Source of the DNA: Vicinamibacteria bacterium
GTDB taxonomy: Bacteria > Acidobacteriota > Vicinamibacteria > Marinacidobacterales > Marinacidobacteraceae
Reading direction: 5' to 3'
Assembly: GCA_963555995.3 (NCBI GenBank)
Contig: OY821641.1
Span: forward strand, 576,001-640,000
DNA: 64,000 nt
Shown here: in pieces, positions 1 through 11,409 of the stretch
How the letters are laid out: each line of letters begins with the position of its first letter
How positions within the stretch are numbered: position 1 is the stretch's first letter
Notes under the pieces: generated by a model
The model's database searches: none
What the model was told of the DNA's origin: nothing
What the model saw: only the letters and a program-made list of their open reading frames with translations
Translations under genes and position numbers: made by a program

Positions 1-1637
1 TCCACCTCCAGTTCAAGGGTCGGGTCCGCCACCACGACGATCTGGTCCACGTAGTCCGCGACGTTCTGGTCGAAGCAGGTCGTCTCGAACGAGAGCGATC
101 CCCGGCCGCCCCGGAATCCGGCCTCCCAGGAGGCGCCCCGTTCGGCGGCCAGCGTCGGGTCCGGCCGGAACCGGTTCAGGACATCAACCCCGGATCCCAC
201 CGGAAACTGGAAGTGGAGCCCGTCCGCGTAGAGCTCGGTGAGGCTCGGGACCCGGAACCCCCGCGAAGCCCCGACCCAGACGAACGCGGCATCGCCGAGG
301 CGGTAGCCGGCGGTGGCCCGCGGCGAGACCTGGCCCTCGTCGCGGGCGGGAAAGCGGTCTGCCCGGATCCGCCAGTGGTCGCGCCGGAGGCCGAGCGCGA
401 GCTGCAGCCGGTCCCGGACCTCCGCCTCCCCGTAAACGAAGGCGCCGAAGTAGCGGGCGTCCGCATCCGGGAACTGGAGGCGCGGCGCTCCGTCCCTTGT
501 TCCCGACTGCGTGTCGCGGTACGCCTCGCCGCCGAGATTCAGGGTGAAGCGGACGGCGTCGCCCCACCGGAAGCGGGAACTGTTGTGCGCCTCCAGTCCC
601 ACGGTCTCGAACGCGGTGTCGTCCCGGCGGGTGCGGATCCGCATGTCCTCTCCGACCTCCACCGCGTTGCGGTAGCCGAGGACGGACAGGTCCAGCCAGT
701 CGGACGCCTGCGAACGGGTCCGGAAACCGGCGCGCAGCGCCTCGAAGCGGGTGTCGCGGTCCACCAGCGTCCCGGTCAGGTCGTTCGCGTTCGTGGGCTC
801 CGCCGCCCGGTTGTCGAACCCCTGCCAGGAGACCTCCCAGCGCGTCGCGTCGCTCGGCGTCCAGCCCAGCTTCACCAGCCCGTTCCGCAGCTCGTCCTCG
901 GTGTTGGGAATGGCGTTCCCGTTCCCGTCGCGGATCGGGGCGCGGGTTCCCCCGAGGCCGAAGTTCACGAGGGCGTCGAACGCCTCCCCCGCGGCGAACC
1001 CCGAAAAGGACTGGGTCAGGTCACCCCCGTTCGACTGGTAGCCGACCCGGTAGCGCCCCCCGAACTCCTCGCCGGCCTCCAGCAGGTTCCGGGCGCTCCG
1101 GGTGGTGAGCGACACCACCCCGCCCAGCGCCCCGCTCCCGAACACCGCCGAGTTCGCGCCCCGCAGGACCTCGACGCGCTGGAGGAGGTCCGGGTCGGTG
1201 AAGAACCGGCCGCCGTGCGCCGCGTTGAAGTTCTGCCGGCCCCCGTCCTGCCGGACCACCACCTGCTGGTCGGCGAAGCCGCGGATGTTCGGGGCCTCGG
1301 TGATCCGGCGGGCGTTCCCCTGGATGGAGACCCCCGGAATGCCCTCGAAGAGATCGGTGAAGGTCCGCGCCGCTTCCGAGGCCAGTTCCTCTTCGGTGCG
1401 CACCGCAATGGCCGCGGGGGCCGTCAGCAGCGGCGTCTCGGCGCGGGACGCAGTGACCACCACGGTCTCCGAGACTACCGGGAGGGTCCGTTCGTCCGGT
1501 TCGACGGGAGGCTCCTCTGCCGCGCGGGCCTCCTCCGCTTCCCCGGAGGTCTGCGCCCCCGCCGGGAGGGCCAGCGCCAGCATTCCCACCAGCATCCAGT
1601 TCGGTCCGCCGACCACCGCCCACCGCCGCAGATTCAT
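1..1637 (-). CDS. TonB-dependent heme/hemoglobin-type outer membrane receptor (partial, runs off window start)
   Basis: Manual minus-strand translation from ATG 1637 gives a signal peptide (MNLRRWAVV...LALALPAGAQ), TonB box ETVVVTASR, and plug motifs PNIRGF, RQNFNAAHGGRFFTDP and RVEVLRGANSAVFGSGALGGVV. It is absent from the ORF track, consistent with having no stop in the window. Confidence 0.85.
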   Translation of the reverse strand, partial: MNLRRWAVVGGPNWMLVGMLALALPAGAQTSGEAEEARAAEEPPVEPDERTLPVVSETVVVTASRAETPLLTAPAAIAVRTEEELASEAARTFTDLFEGIPGVSIQGNARRITEAPNIRGFADQQVVVRQDGGRQNFNAAHGGRFFTDPDLLQRVEVLRGANSAVFGSGALGGVVSLTTRSARNLLEAGEEFGGRYRVGYQSNGGDLTQSFSGFAAGEAFDALVNFGLGGTRAPIRDGNGNAIPNTEDELRNGLVKLGWTPSDATRWEVSWQGFDNRAAEPTNANDLTGTLVDRDTRFEALRAGFRTRSQASDWLDLSVLGYRNAVEVGEDMRIRTRRDDTAFETVGLEAHNSSRFRWGDAVRFTLNLGGEAYRDTQSGTRDGAPRLQFPDADARYFGAFVYGEAEVRDRLQLALGLRRDHWRIRADRFPARDEGQVSPRATAGYRLGDAAFVWVGASRGFRVPSLTELYADGLHFQFPVGSGVDVLNRFRPDPTLAAERGASWEAGFRGGRGSLSFETTCFDQNVADYVDQIVVVADPTLELEV

Positions 1638-1649
1638 CCGGCGGAAAGG

Positions 1650-1681
1650 CTAGCAGCCGGTGGTGAAACCCACGTGAGCGC
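1650..1681 (+). mobile_element. Orphan left end of the MITE family found at 52944-53130
   Basis: CTAG followed by CAGCCGGTGGTGAAACCCACGTGAGCGC, which has one mismatch to the MITE left end at 52948. Confidence 0.7.
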
Positions 1682-1690
1682 GAAGACGCT

Positions 1691-1733
1691 GGGAGCGCCG
1701 GTCTTCAGACCGGCATCGCGGCCGAAGGCCGCG
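1691..1733 (+). repeat. REP-like double hairpin
   Basis: GGGAGCGCCGGTCTTCAGACCGGCA followed by CGCGGCC-GAA-GGCCGCG. Confidence 0.8.
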
Positions 1734-1891
1734 AAACTCCCGCGGCCATTCTTCCGCATGACGTAGCGCCATCCTGTGTGAAGTTGCGCCATGCGGCAAC
1801 GGATCACGATGGGCGTCGCGCCACCCCCGAAGCATCTATTGCCTGTTAATCTCAGCACGTCATACCGAAATATGCTGTAAAATCCAGCACA

Positions 1892-3145
1892 ATGAACCCG
1901 GATCAGCAGAAATTTCGGTGGCTTTCCACACGCCTCCCGTCTTCCGGCACGCGGCGGCTCGTCGTCCTCACCGGAGCGCGGCAGACGGGCAAGACCACGC
2001 TCGCCCAGCGTTCGTACCCCGGGCTTCGTTACGTCAACCTCGACTCGCTGGAAGACCGCGAGGCGATGCGCCGGCTCCCGACCGCGCTCTGGAGCCGGGA
2101 GGTCGGCCCGGCGGTACTTGACGAAGCGCAGAAGGAACCCCGGGTGTTCGACAAGGTGAAGTTCGCCTACGACGCGCGATCGGTGTCTTTCTCGGTTCTT
2201 CTGGGCTCGTCACGCATCCTCCTGCTCGACCGGGTTCGGGAATCGCTTGCCGGCCGCGCTTTCCTCTACGAGCTGTGGCCCCTGATGGCGTCCGAGATCC
2301 GCACCCCGGTCGGGGCGCGCCCGGATCCCCCGCTGTTCGACGACCTGCTCACGGCACCCGGATCGTTGGCCGACATTCTTCGGCGACAACCTCCGAGACT
2401 GCTCGGCGATGCCGAGGCGGACCGCCTTGGGGCGCTCGACCACCTGGCCCGCTGGGGCGGGATGCCGGAACTCGTCTACCTGGACGACACCGCCCGGCGC
2501 GATTGGCTTCGTTCCTACCAGCAGAGCTGGCTGGAGCGCGATCTCGCCGACCTGACCCGGCTGCGCGACCTGCTCCCCTTCCGCACCTTGCAGCGTCTCG
2601 CGATGCTGCGCTCGGGCGGGCTCCTCAATTCATCGGAACTCGGGCGCGACGCGGGCGTGGACGGGAGCACCGCCCGGCGTTATCTCCGGTTCCTGGAGCT
2701 GTCCTATCAGGTCGTGCTGCTGCCGCCCTACCGGCGAAACCTCACGAGCGCCGCGGTGAAGACCCCGAAGCTCTACTGGATGGACCTCGGACTCCTGCGG
2801 CAGGGCGCCGGAACCTGGGGCGACCTCACCGGAGAGATGTTCGAGACGCTTGTCGTCGCCGAGGCGCACAAGTGGATCGAGACGATGGGACGCGACGCGC
2901 GGCTCTCGTTCTGGCGCACCCGGTCGGGACGCGAGGTGGACCTCGTGGTGACCACGCCGGGCGGCGTCCTCGGTCTGGAGGTCAAGGGACGGGCGCGCGT
3001 CGGACGGCGGGACACCGCCAGTCTGCGAGCGCTCGGGGAGGCCCTCGGCGACGAGTGGGCGGGCGGCCTCGTCGTCCACCGGGGAAGCGATCTTCAGGAA
3101 CTGGGCCCGAACCTCTGGGCGGTTCCCGCCCACCGCCTTTTCTGA
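1892..3145 (+). CDS. AAA+ ATPase with DUF4143 / C-terminal PD-(D/E)xK-like domain
   Basis: Walker A GARQTGKT, Walker B VLDEAQ, GGMPE, KTPKLYWMDLG, C-terminal REVDLV...LEVK. Confidence 0.88.
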   Translation: MNPDQQKFRWLSTRLPSSGTRRLVVLTGARQTGKTTLAQRSYPGLRYVNLDSLEDREAMRRLPTALWSREVGPAVLDEAQKEPRVFDKVKFAYDARSVSFSVLLGSSRILLLDRVRESLAGRAFLYELWPLMASEIRTPVGARPDPPLFDDLLTAPGSLADILRRQPPRLLGDAEADRLGALDHLARWGGMPELVYLDDTARRDWLRSYQQSWLERDLADLTRLRDLLPFRTLQRLAMLRSGGLLNSSELGRDAGVDGSTARRYLRFLELSYQVVLLPPYRRNLTSAAVKTPKLYWMDLGLLRQGAGTWGDLTGEMFETLVVAEAHKWIETMGRDARLSFWRTRSGREVDLVVTTPGGVLGLEVKGRARVGRRDTASLRALGEALGDEWAGGLVVHRGSDLQELGPNLWAVPAHRLF

Positions 3146-3191
3146 TCCACCATCGCCCCCCAGTGGCCTCGGATGCCCGATAATCCACCTC

Positions 3192-3416
3192 ATGCTGACG
3201 ACGAGAGCGGACGAGAAGCGGCGGGTGACCCTGCCCGAGGTCGAACCGGGTGATTTGTTCGAGATTCGACGCCCCGGGAACGGAGACTTCATCCTGGTAC
3301 GGCGACCGTCACAGCCGCGAATGAGCCGTGCCGAGCGGCTCGAGGCGATGGCGAGGACGCCGTTCAAGATGCGCATGTCGTGGGAGGAACTCCGCCGCCT
3401 CACGCGCGAGCCATGA
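3192..3416 (+). CDS. AbrB/MazE-like antitoxin (VapB)
   Basis: 74 aa with an AbrB-like N-terminus (DEKRRVTLP...PGD); stop overlaps the PIN gene start (ATGA at 3413-3416). Confidence 0.72.
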   Translation: MLTTRADEKRRVTLPEVEPGDLFEIRRPGNGDFILVRRPSQPRMSRAERLEAMARTPFKMRMSWEELRRLTREP

Positions 3417-3829
3417 CGCTGTTGGACACGAATGTTCTGATCTATGCGTCTGACGCCGGTACCGACCATCACTCATGGGCAGGCGACATCATCACGAACG
3501 CCGCCGATTCGGCGGGGGCCGGCCTCAATCCCGTCAGCCTCGCTGAACTCTGCGTAGGCGTCGAGGCCCCCGATCCGATGCTCGCCTGGATACAGGTGTC
3601 CGGGATCATCCTGCTCGACATGCCGTCCCATGCTGCGTTCCAGGCCGCGCATGCTTATCGGACCTACCGGGAGCGAAGGCAGCGCCAGTCGGGGAAGCTC
3701 GCTCCCATGACTCCGCTGCCCGACTTCTTCATCGGCGCCCACGCCGAGGTGATGGGGTACTCGCTCGCGACGGCGGATGCGTCCCGGTTCCGGACCTACT
3801 TTCCGAGCGTACGGCTGATCACGCCGTGA
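3413..3829 (+). CDS. vapC: PIN-domain toxin VapC
   Basis: MTLLDTNVLIY, SLAE, PLPDFFIGAHA, LATAD...RFRTYFP. Confidence 0.88.
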   Translation: MTLLDTNVLIYASDAGTDHHSWAGDIITNAADSAGAGLNPVSLAELCVGVEAPDPMLAWIQVSGIILLDMPSHAAFQAAHAYRTYRERRQRQSGKLAPMTPLPDFFIGAHAEVMGYSLATADASRFRTYFPSVRLITP

Positions 3830-3850
3830 CACCGGCCGGACGGGTGCGCC

Positions 3851-5527
3851 TCAATACCCCATCGCGGCGCCGTCTTTCCGCGGGTCGGAACCGCCGAGCA
3901 GCACCCCGTTCTCCCAGTCGATCATGATGGCCTGGTAGCCCCCGTAGGCGCCGAACCGGGTCACCACGTTGTGTCCCATGCGGGAGAGAGCGGCGAGGTC
4001 GTCCGGGTCCACCCCGGACTCGATCCCGACTCCCGAGGCGCCGTGGCGGAACCGCGGCATCTCGCCGGCCTTCTGGACGTGCATGCCGAAATCAATCATG
4101 TTGAGGAGGACCTGGGTGTGGCCCTGGGGCTGCATGTCGCCGCCCATGACCCCGTAGGTGAGCCACGGCCTGCCGTCCCGGAAGGCCATCCCGGGCATGT
4201 TGGTGTGGAGCGCCCGCTTCCCGGGTTCGAGTTCGTTGGGGTGCCCCTCTTCCAGCGAGAAGCCGGTGCCCCGGTTCTGGAGGGCGATGCCGGTGCCCGG
4301 CACCACCAGCCCCGAGCCGAAGCTGCCGAAGATGCTGTAGATGAGGGAGATGGCGTTCCGGTCCTGGTCCACCACCGTGAGGTAGATCGTGTCGCCGTCG
4401 TCGGTCATGCCGGGCGCGACTTCGCGGGCGGCCCGCTCCGGCTCGATGGCGGCGCGGCGGGTGGCCGCGTATTTCTTGGAGATCAGCGTCTCGACCGGAA
4501 CGCGCATGTGCTCGGGATCGCCGAGGTAGGCGTCCCGGTCGGCGAAGGCCAGCTTCTTGGCCTCGATGAGCCGGTGGAGGTACGCCGCCGAGTTGTGGCC
4601 GAGTTCCGTCAGGTCGTCGTAGCCCTCGAGGATGTTCAGCATCTCGAGCGCCACGAAACCCTGCGAGTTGGGGGGGACCTGGAAGACCTCGACGCCCCGG
4701 TAGGTGGTGCTGATCGGGTCCACCCAGGTCGAGTCGTGCGCCGCCAGGTCGTCCCGGGTGACGTGCCCGCCCTCTGCCTCCATGAAGTCGTGGATGGCCT
4801 CGGCGATCTCGCCGCGGTAGAAGACGTCCGGTCCCTGGTCGGCGATCTTGCGGAGGGTCTTCGCGAAGTCCGGCGAGCGGAACACCTCGCCGTGTTCGGG
4901 AGCGCGCTTGCCGTCCACGAGGTAGGCGGCGGCGGTCGCGGGATGGCGGGCGAGCCGGGACTCCGCCTGCTTCCACTGGACGGAGATGACCTCCGACACC
5001 GGGAATCCCTCCTCGGCGTGCTGGATGGCGGGCTGCAGCAGATCGCCGAGTGGCCGGGTCCCGAAACGGCTCACCAGTTCCTCCCAGCCGTCGAGGGCGC
5101 CGGGCACGGTGACCGCCAGCGGCCCGTTCCCCGGCATCCGGGTGAGGCCCTCGGCGCGGAGCTTCGCGGCGTCCGCCCGTGCGCCGGCGCGGCCGGTGGC
5201 GTTCAGGCCGTGGAGCGTCCCGGTCGCCGCCTCGTAGTAGAGCGCGAAGAGGTCGCCGCCGATGCCGCACATCATCGGCTCCACCACGTTGAGCACCGCC
5301 GCCGCGGTGATCGCCGCATCCACGGCGTTCCCGCCCTCCATGAGCACCCGGAGCCCCGCCGCTGAGGCCAGCGGCTGGCTGGTGGCGATCATCCCGTTCC
5401 GGGCGAGCACCGGGGAGCGGCCGAGCTTCGTGTCCTTGGCGGGCCGGTCGCCCGGCGCGGCTTCGGCGTCCGGGGCGGGCGCGGCGGTCAGGAGAAGGGA
5501 CATGGCGAGCAGCACAGGAAAACGCAT
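3851..5527 (-). CDS. ggt: Gamma-glutamyltransferase (exported)
   Basis: Signal peptide from ATG 5527, GGNAVDAA, GIGGDLF, nucleophile site DTIYLTVVD, GVMGGDMQPQG, GSDPRKDG. Confidence 0.93.
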   Translation of the reverse strand: MRFPVLLAMSLLLTAAPAPDAEAAPGDRPAKDTKLGRSPVLARNGMIATSQPLASAAGLRVLMEGGNAVDAAITAAAVLNVVEPMMCGIGGDLFALYYEAATGTLHGLNATGRAGARADAAKLRAEGLTRMPGNGPLAVTVPGALDGWEELVSRFGTRPLGDLLQPAIQHAEEGFPVSEVISVQWKQAESRLARHPATAAAYLVDGKRAPEHGEVFRSPDFAKTLRKIADQGPDVFYRGEIAEAIHDFMEAEGGHVTRDDLAAHDSTWVDPISTTYRGVEVFQVPPNSQGFVALEMLNILEGYDDLTELGHNSAAYLHRLIEAKKLAFADRDAYLGDPEHMRVPVETLISKKYAATRRAAIEPERAAREVAPGMTDDGDTIYLTVVDQDRNAISLIYSIFGSFGSGLVVPGTGIALQNRGTGFSLEEGHPNELEPGKRALHTNMPGMAFRDGRPWLTYGVMGGDMQPQGHTQVLLNMIDFGMHVQKAGEMPRFRHGASGVGIESGVDPDDLAALSRMGHNVVTRFGAYGGYQAIMIDWENGVLLGGSDPRKDGAAMGY

Positions 5528-5670
5528 CGGGCGATCCTCCGTCAAGGAATCGTAAGTGGCGGCTTCGGGGGTTCGGCGGCCGTGCGGGCCGCGGCGCCGT
5601 GTGGATGGGGAGCGTTGCAGCGCCGTGGGGATGGGTAGCGTCACGACGTGTGCGGAGCGGAGCGCCGCGC

Positions 5671-7424
<1,754 letters not shown>

Positions 7425-7428
<4 letters not shown>

Positions 7429-8168
7429 CGCACCTCCGGCCCCCCGCGCCGGTCGTCCCGGACGAAACGGTCGCGGGCGGGCATCCGGATCCGGGGCAGC
7501 GACGCGGCGTCGAGCGAGTCTCCCGACTCGAGGAGCCCGTTCAACTGGAGGATGAACGCGGTCAGGGCGTACACGTCGTCGGGGGGCAGACTGCCGGGCG
7601 CCGCCTGCGGCATCGCCCGCCGGATGTAGTCGAAGAGCGTGGTCGCGTACGGCCAGTAGCTGCCCACCGTGATCGGATACCGCCGGTCCTCGGAGAAGGG
7701 AAAGCGGTCGCCGGGGACGCGGCCGGCGAGGGCCTCGAACTGCGAGCCCTCGCCGCGCGCGCCGTGACACTGGACGCACTGCAGCCGGTAGAGCGTTTCG
7801 CCCCGTTCCACCGAACCGCTTCCCGCAGGCAGGCCCTCGCCGTCGGGTCCGATATCAATGTCCCAGGCGGCGATCCGTTCCGGGCTGGCCGTTTCTCCGA
7901 ACCCGAACTCGGGGAGGTGGCCGATGTCCGCGAGGCCGTCTGCGCGCGCCGCCGCGAGCGCTTCGAGCTCCGCGTCGTTCAGCAGGCCCGGCATTCCCGG
8001 GTGGAGTTCGGGCCGGGGCAGCGACGGCGCCGCCTCGGACGGAACCGGCGTGGGGCGATCGTCCTCCGCCGCGACCACCGGGGAACCGGTCTCCGATTCC
8101 GCGCCGCAGGCCGAGAGCAGCAGGAGCAGGGCGGCTGCGCGGCTAACCGGCAAAGAAGACCCGCCCAT
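7425..8168 (-). CDS. c-type cytochrome lipoprotein, SoxD/SorB-like partner of SoxC
   Basis: Lipobox LLSAC, heme motif [26 protein letters not shown]; adjacent to soxC. Confidence 0.85.
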
Positions 8169-9402
8169 CGGACTCCACGCGCCAGGACCGGATCTGGTTG
8201 TAGTGGTAGCGCGTATAGGACCCGCGGGCCTCGAGGAGTGCGTCCCGGGTCGGCTGGACGTATCCCGTCTCGTCCGTCGCCCGGCTCATCAGGGTGGCGT
8301 CGCGCCCGTCCCAGTTCCAGAGCTTGCGGAAACGGACGTGGCACTTCGGGAGCACGGGGTCCTGGAGTTCGGCGTCTTCCCAGGTGCCGCCGCCGTCGGT
8401 CGAGATCTCCACGCGGGTGATGCGCCCCCGGCCCGTCCAGGCGATGCCGCGGACCTCCCACCAGCCCGGCCCGCCGAGCCGCTCCGGGAAGGTCGGAAAG
8501 GTGATCAGCGACTTCGCGTCCATCCCGAAGCTGAACATCCGCGCCTTGCCGCCGGGGAGGGGATCGGTGTACTTGGAGGTCTCCTCCCGGGTCATGAACG
8601 GCCGGTCGGACAGGTCGAGCCGCCGCAGCCACTTCACGCTGGCGTTGCCTTCCCAGCCCGGAAGGAAGAGCCGGACGGGATAACCCTGCTCGGGCCGCAG
8701 GGGTTCGCCGTTCTGGGCGTAGGCGACGATGGCGTCGTCCCAGGCCTTTTCCATGGGGACCGAGCGCGTCATCACCGCGGCGTCCATCCCCTCGGCGAGG
8801 AACCAGGTGGCTTCGGGGCGCGCGCCGACCTCTCGGAACAGGAGCTTGAGGGGCACTCCCGTCCACTCGCTGGTGCTCGTCAGGCCGTCCATCTCCTGGG
8901 GGCTCATGTTCGGGAAGCGCCCCCGGTTCTGGAAGGCCGTCCCCCCGTTCCCGGAGCACTCCAGGAAGCGCAGCTTCGATTCCGCCGGGAATCGCTTCAG
9001 ATCGGCCAGCGTGAACGTCTGCGGGCGTTCCACCATCCCGTGGATGAGCAGTTCGTAACGCTCGGGATCAATGTTGGGAATGCCCCCGTGGTGCCGCTCG
9101 AAGTGCAGGTCGGCCGGGGTGACGATCCCCTGCAGATACTGGAGCGGAGTGCGCGACGACGAGGAGGGTTCCAGCACCCGGACCAGCCGCCGCGGGGTCT
9201 CGAATGCCGAGCGCTCCCCCAGCGGGCGAGGCACGAGGCCCTGCATCTTGGTGGGGTCCTCGGGCGCCCGGGGCCTGGGCTTCGGGGTGTCCGCCTGCTG
9301 GGCGCCCGCGACCGCTCCGGCGCCGACCGCGGCGGTGCCGACCACGCCCGCGAGCAGCTCGCGGCGCGAGGGGAGCCCGCCGTTCTCCCGGTTCTTGGCC
9401 AT
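8143..9402 (-). CDS. soxC: Sulfite dehydrogenase / SoxC molybdopterin subunit (Tat-exported)
   Basis: Tat motif SRRELL, TPADLHFERHHGG, FLECSGNG, LRPEQGYPVRL, VKWLRR, SRATDETG. Confidence 0.9.
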   Translation of the reverse strand: MAKNRENGGLPSRRELLAGVVGTAAVGAGAVAGAQQADTPKPRPRAPEDPTKMQGLVPRPLGERSAFETPRRLVRVLEPSSSSRTPLQYLQGIVTPADLHFERHHGGIPNIDPERYELLIHGMVERPQTFTLADLKRFPAESKLRFLECSGNGGTAFQNRGRFPNMSPQEMDGLTSTSEWTGVPLKLLFREVGARPEATWFLAEGMDAAVMTRSVPMEKAWDDAIVAYAQNGEPLRPEQGYPVRLFLPGWEGNASVKWLRRLDLSDRPFMTREETSKYTDPLPGGKARMFSFGMDAKSLITFPTFPERLGGPGWWEVRGIAWTGRGRITRVEISTDGGGTWEDAELQDPVLPKCHVRFRKLWNWDGRDATLMSRATDETGYVQPTRDALLEARGSYTRYHYNQIRSWRVESDGRVFFAG

Positions 9403-9546
9403 GGCCCGGATTATGGCGGATTCGGGTGGTGTGCGACGGACCGCCGGCAACGCCCATTGCTAGAATCGTTCGCCCTCCGCCCCGGCTTTGCGTCTCCGCC
9501 CGAGCCGTGCCGATCCGGTCGGGGCGGCCCAGGAGGGAATCTGATC

Positions 9547-10503
9547 GTGCACAGTCTTGATTTGGCCCGTACCCGGAAGGGCGGCCTGCTGGCGCTCGCC
9601 GCCGCGCTGCTGGTTCTTGCCGCGGCCCCGGCGCTCGCCCAGCGGGGCGCGATTCGCGGCAAGATCGTTGATCCGGACGGCAATCCGGTATCGGACGTCC
9701 AGGTCTCGATCGTGCTGCTCGACGGCGGCGGACGGCCCATCCGGGTCACGACCAACGACAAGGGAGAGTTCCTCCGGGCCGGGATTCCGGTGCAGATGTA
9801 CCGGGTGTCCTTCGAGCTTGAGGGCTGGGAGCCGCTGCAGGCGATGGTGACCGTCTCGAACGGGGGCCAGAGCGTCATCAACGAGACCCTGCATCCCCTC
9901 CCGGAGGGAGTGCTGAGCCAGGCGCAGGCCGACCGGGCGAACGGGCACCAGCAGGCGGCCCAGGACGCCTTTCAGGACGGTGACTTCGGCCGGGCGGTGA
10001 CCGAGTGGCAAGGCTTCCTGGAACTCCTCCCCAACGAGGCCCCCGCCCACTTCAACCTGGCCGCGGCCTACGAGCGGCTGCAGGATTTCCCTGCCGCCAT
10101 CGAGGCGTACGAAGCGGCGTACGCGCTCGATGACTCGATGCTCGAGGCGATCATGGCGGTCGGGGACCTGCACGGCAGGCAGCGGGAGTGGGAGCAGGCG
10201 CTTCACGCGTTCGACCGGGCGATGGAGCTCGTCGAAGGGAACGCGGTGAACCTGTTCAACTACGCCGTCTACGCGAGCAACGCGGGCAAGGTCGAACTGG
10301 CTGACGAGTTCTACGGGAAGGCGGCGGAGGCCGATCCCGATTTCGCCCCGGCGCACCTGCAGATCGGGATGGCGCGAGCGCGGGAGGAAGATCGCGAGGG
10401 GGCCATCGCCGCCTTCGAGCGGTTCCTCGAGTTGGACCCCGACGGAGCACAGGCGGTCATGGTCCAGGAGATCCTCGACCAGCTCCGCAATCCCGGCTCC
10501 TAG
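9547..10503 (+). CDS. Exported TPR protein with carboxypeptidase-regulatory-like N-domain
   Basis: GTG start after GGAGG; signal peptide ending APALAQ; IRGKIVDPDGNPV beta-sandwich; TPR helices (AHFNLAAAY, AFERFLELDP). Confidence 0.82.
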   Translation: MHSLDLARTRKGGLLALAAALLVLAAAPALAQRGAIRGKIVDPDGNPVSDVQVSIVLLDGGGRPIRVTTNDKGEFLRAGIPVQMYRVSFELEGWEPLQAMVTVSNGGQSVINETLHPLPEGVLSQAQADRANGHQQAAQDAFQDGDFGRAVTEWQGFLELLPNEAPAHFNLAAAYERLQDFPAAIEAYEAAYALDDSMLEAIMAVGDLHGRQREWEQALHAFDRAMELVEGNAVNLFNYAVYASNAGKVELADEFYGKAAEADPDFAPAHLQIGMARAREEDREGAIAAFERFLELDPDGAQAVMVQEILDQLRNPGS

Positions 10504-10506
10504 TCC

Positions 10507-11400
10507 ATGCACCTGCGCGCCGGACGCCGCATCGTCGTCTGTCTCGTCGCGCTCTGGGCAGCCACCGGGTCCGCCCAGGACGACGGGCTGCGCGTCTTCA
10601 TTTCCGCGGACATGGAGGGCCTCAGCGGCATCGCCCATTCGGAGATGACGTCGGCTTCCGGCGCCGAGTACGGCCGCGGCCGCGACCTGATGATGAGCGA
10701 CGTGAACGCGGCCATCCAGGGGGCGCTCGACGCCGGAGCCACCGAGATCCTGGTGAACGACAGCCACGGCAGCATGCGGAACATCCGGGTGGAGCAGCTG
10801 CTGCCGCCGGCGCGGCTGATCAGCCACAACTCGAAGCCGTTCGGGATGATGCAGGGGATCTCCGCGGACTTCGACGCGGTCTTCTTCATCGGCTACCACG
10901 CCCGCGCCGGCAATCCCGACGGGCTCATGGCCCACACCGGATCGGGCGCGTCCATCCGCGAGATCCGGGTGGACGGCCGCCCGGCCGGCGAGGGAGACAT
11001 GAACGCCCTGCTGGCGGCGCACCACGGGGTTCCGGTGGCGCTCGCCACCGGCGACGCGGCGTTCGCCGAGGAACTGGGCCAGCTCCTTCCGGATACCGAA
11101 TTCGTGGCCGTGAAGCGGGCCATCCGGCGGACCACCGCCGAACTGATCCACCCGCAGGAAACCGCCCGCATGATCCGGGAAGCGGCTGTCCGCGCCCTGC
11201 GGGCGATCCCCGAGCCGCTTCCGGCGCCCGCTTCCCCCGTAGCCATCGAGATCCAGTACACCCGCCCCGATTTGGCGGAGATCGCGTCCCTGCTGCCGCA
11301 GATCGAACGTACCGCCCCGGACACGGTGCGTTTCGAGGCCGGGGACATGAGGGAGGGCTACGCGATAATTCGCGTGCTCTACCGCAATCTGTCCGAATAG
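10507..11400 (+). CDS. D-aminopeptidase, peptidase M55 (DppA family), with signal peptide
   Basis: FISADMEG, VNDSHG, FIGYHA, MAHT, GVPVALATGD. Confidence 0.9.
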   Translation: MHLRAGRRIVVCLVALWAATGSAQDDGLRVFISADMEGLSGIAHSEMTSASGAEYGRGRDLMMSDVNAAIQGALDAGATEILVNDSHGSMRNIRVEQLLPPARLISHNSKPFGMMQGISADFDAVFFIGYHARAGNPDGLMAHTGSGASIREIRVDGRPAGEGDMNALLAAHHGVPVALATGDAAFAEELGQLLPDTEFVAVKRAIRRTTAELIHPQETARMIREAAVRALRAIPEPLPAPASPVAIEIQYTRPDLAEIASLLPQIERTAPDTVRFEAGDMREGYAIIRVLYRNLSE

Positions 11401-11409
11401 AGGAGACCC

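Noticed and set aside
1638-1891. Fur box upstream of the heme-type receptor
   Set aside because: No convincing GATAATGATAATCATTATC-like site; the region is occupied by a MITE end and a REP.
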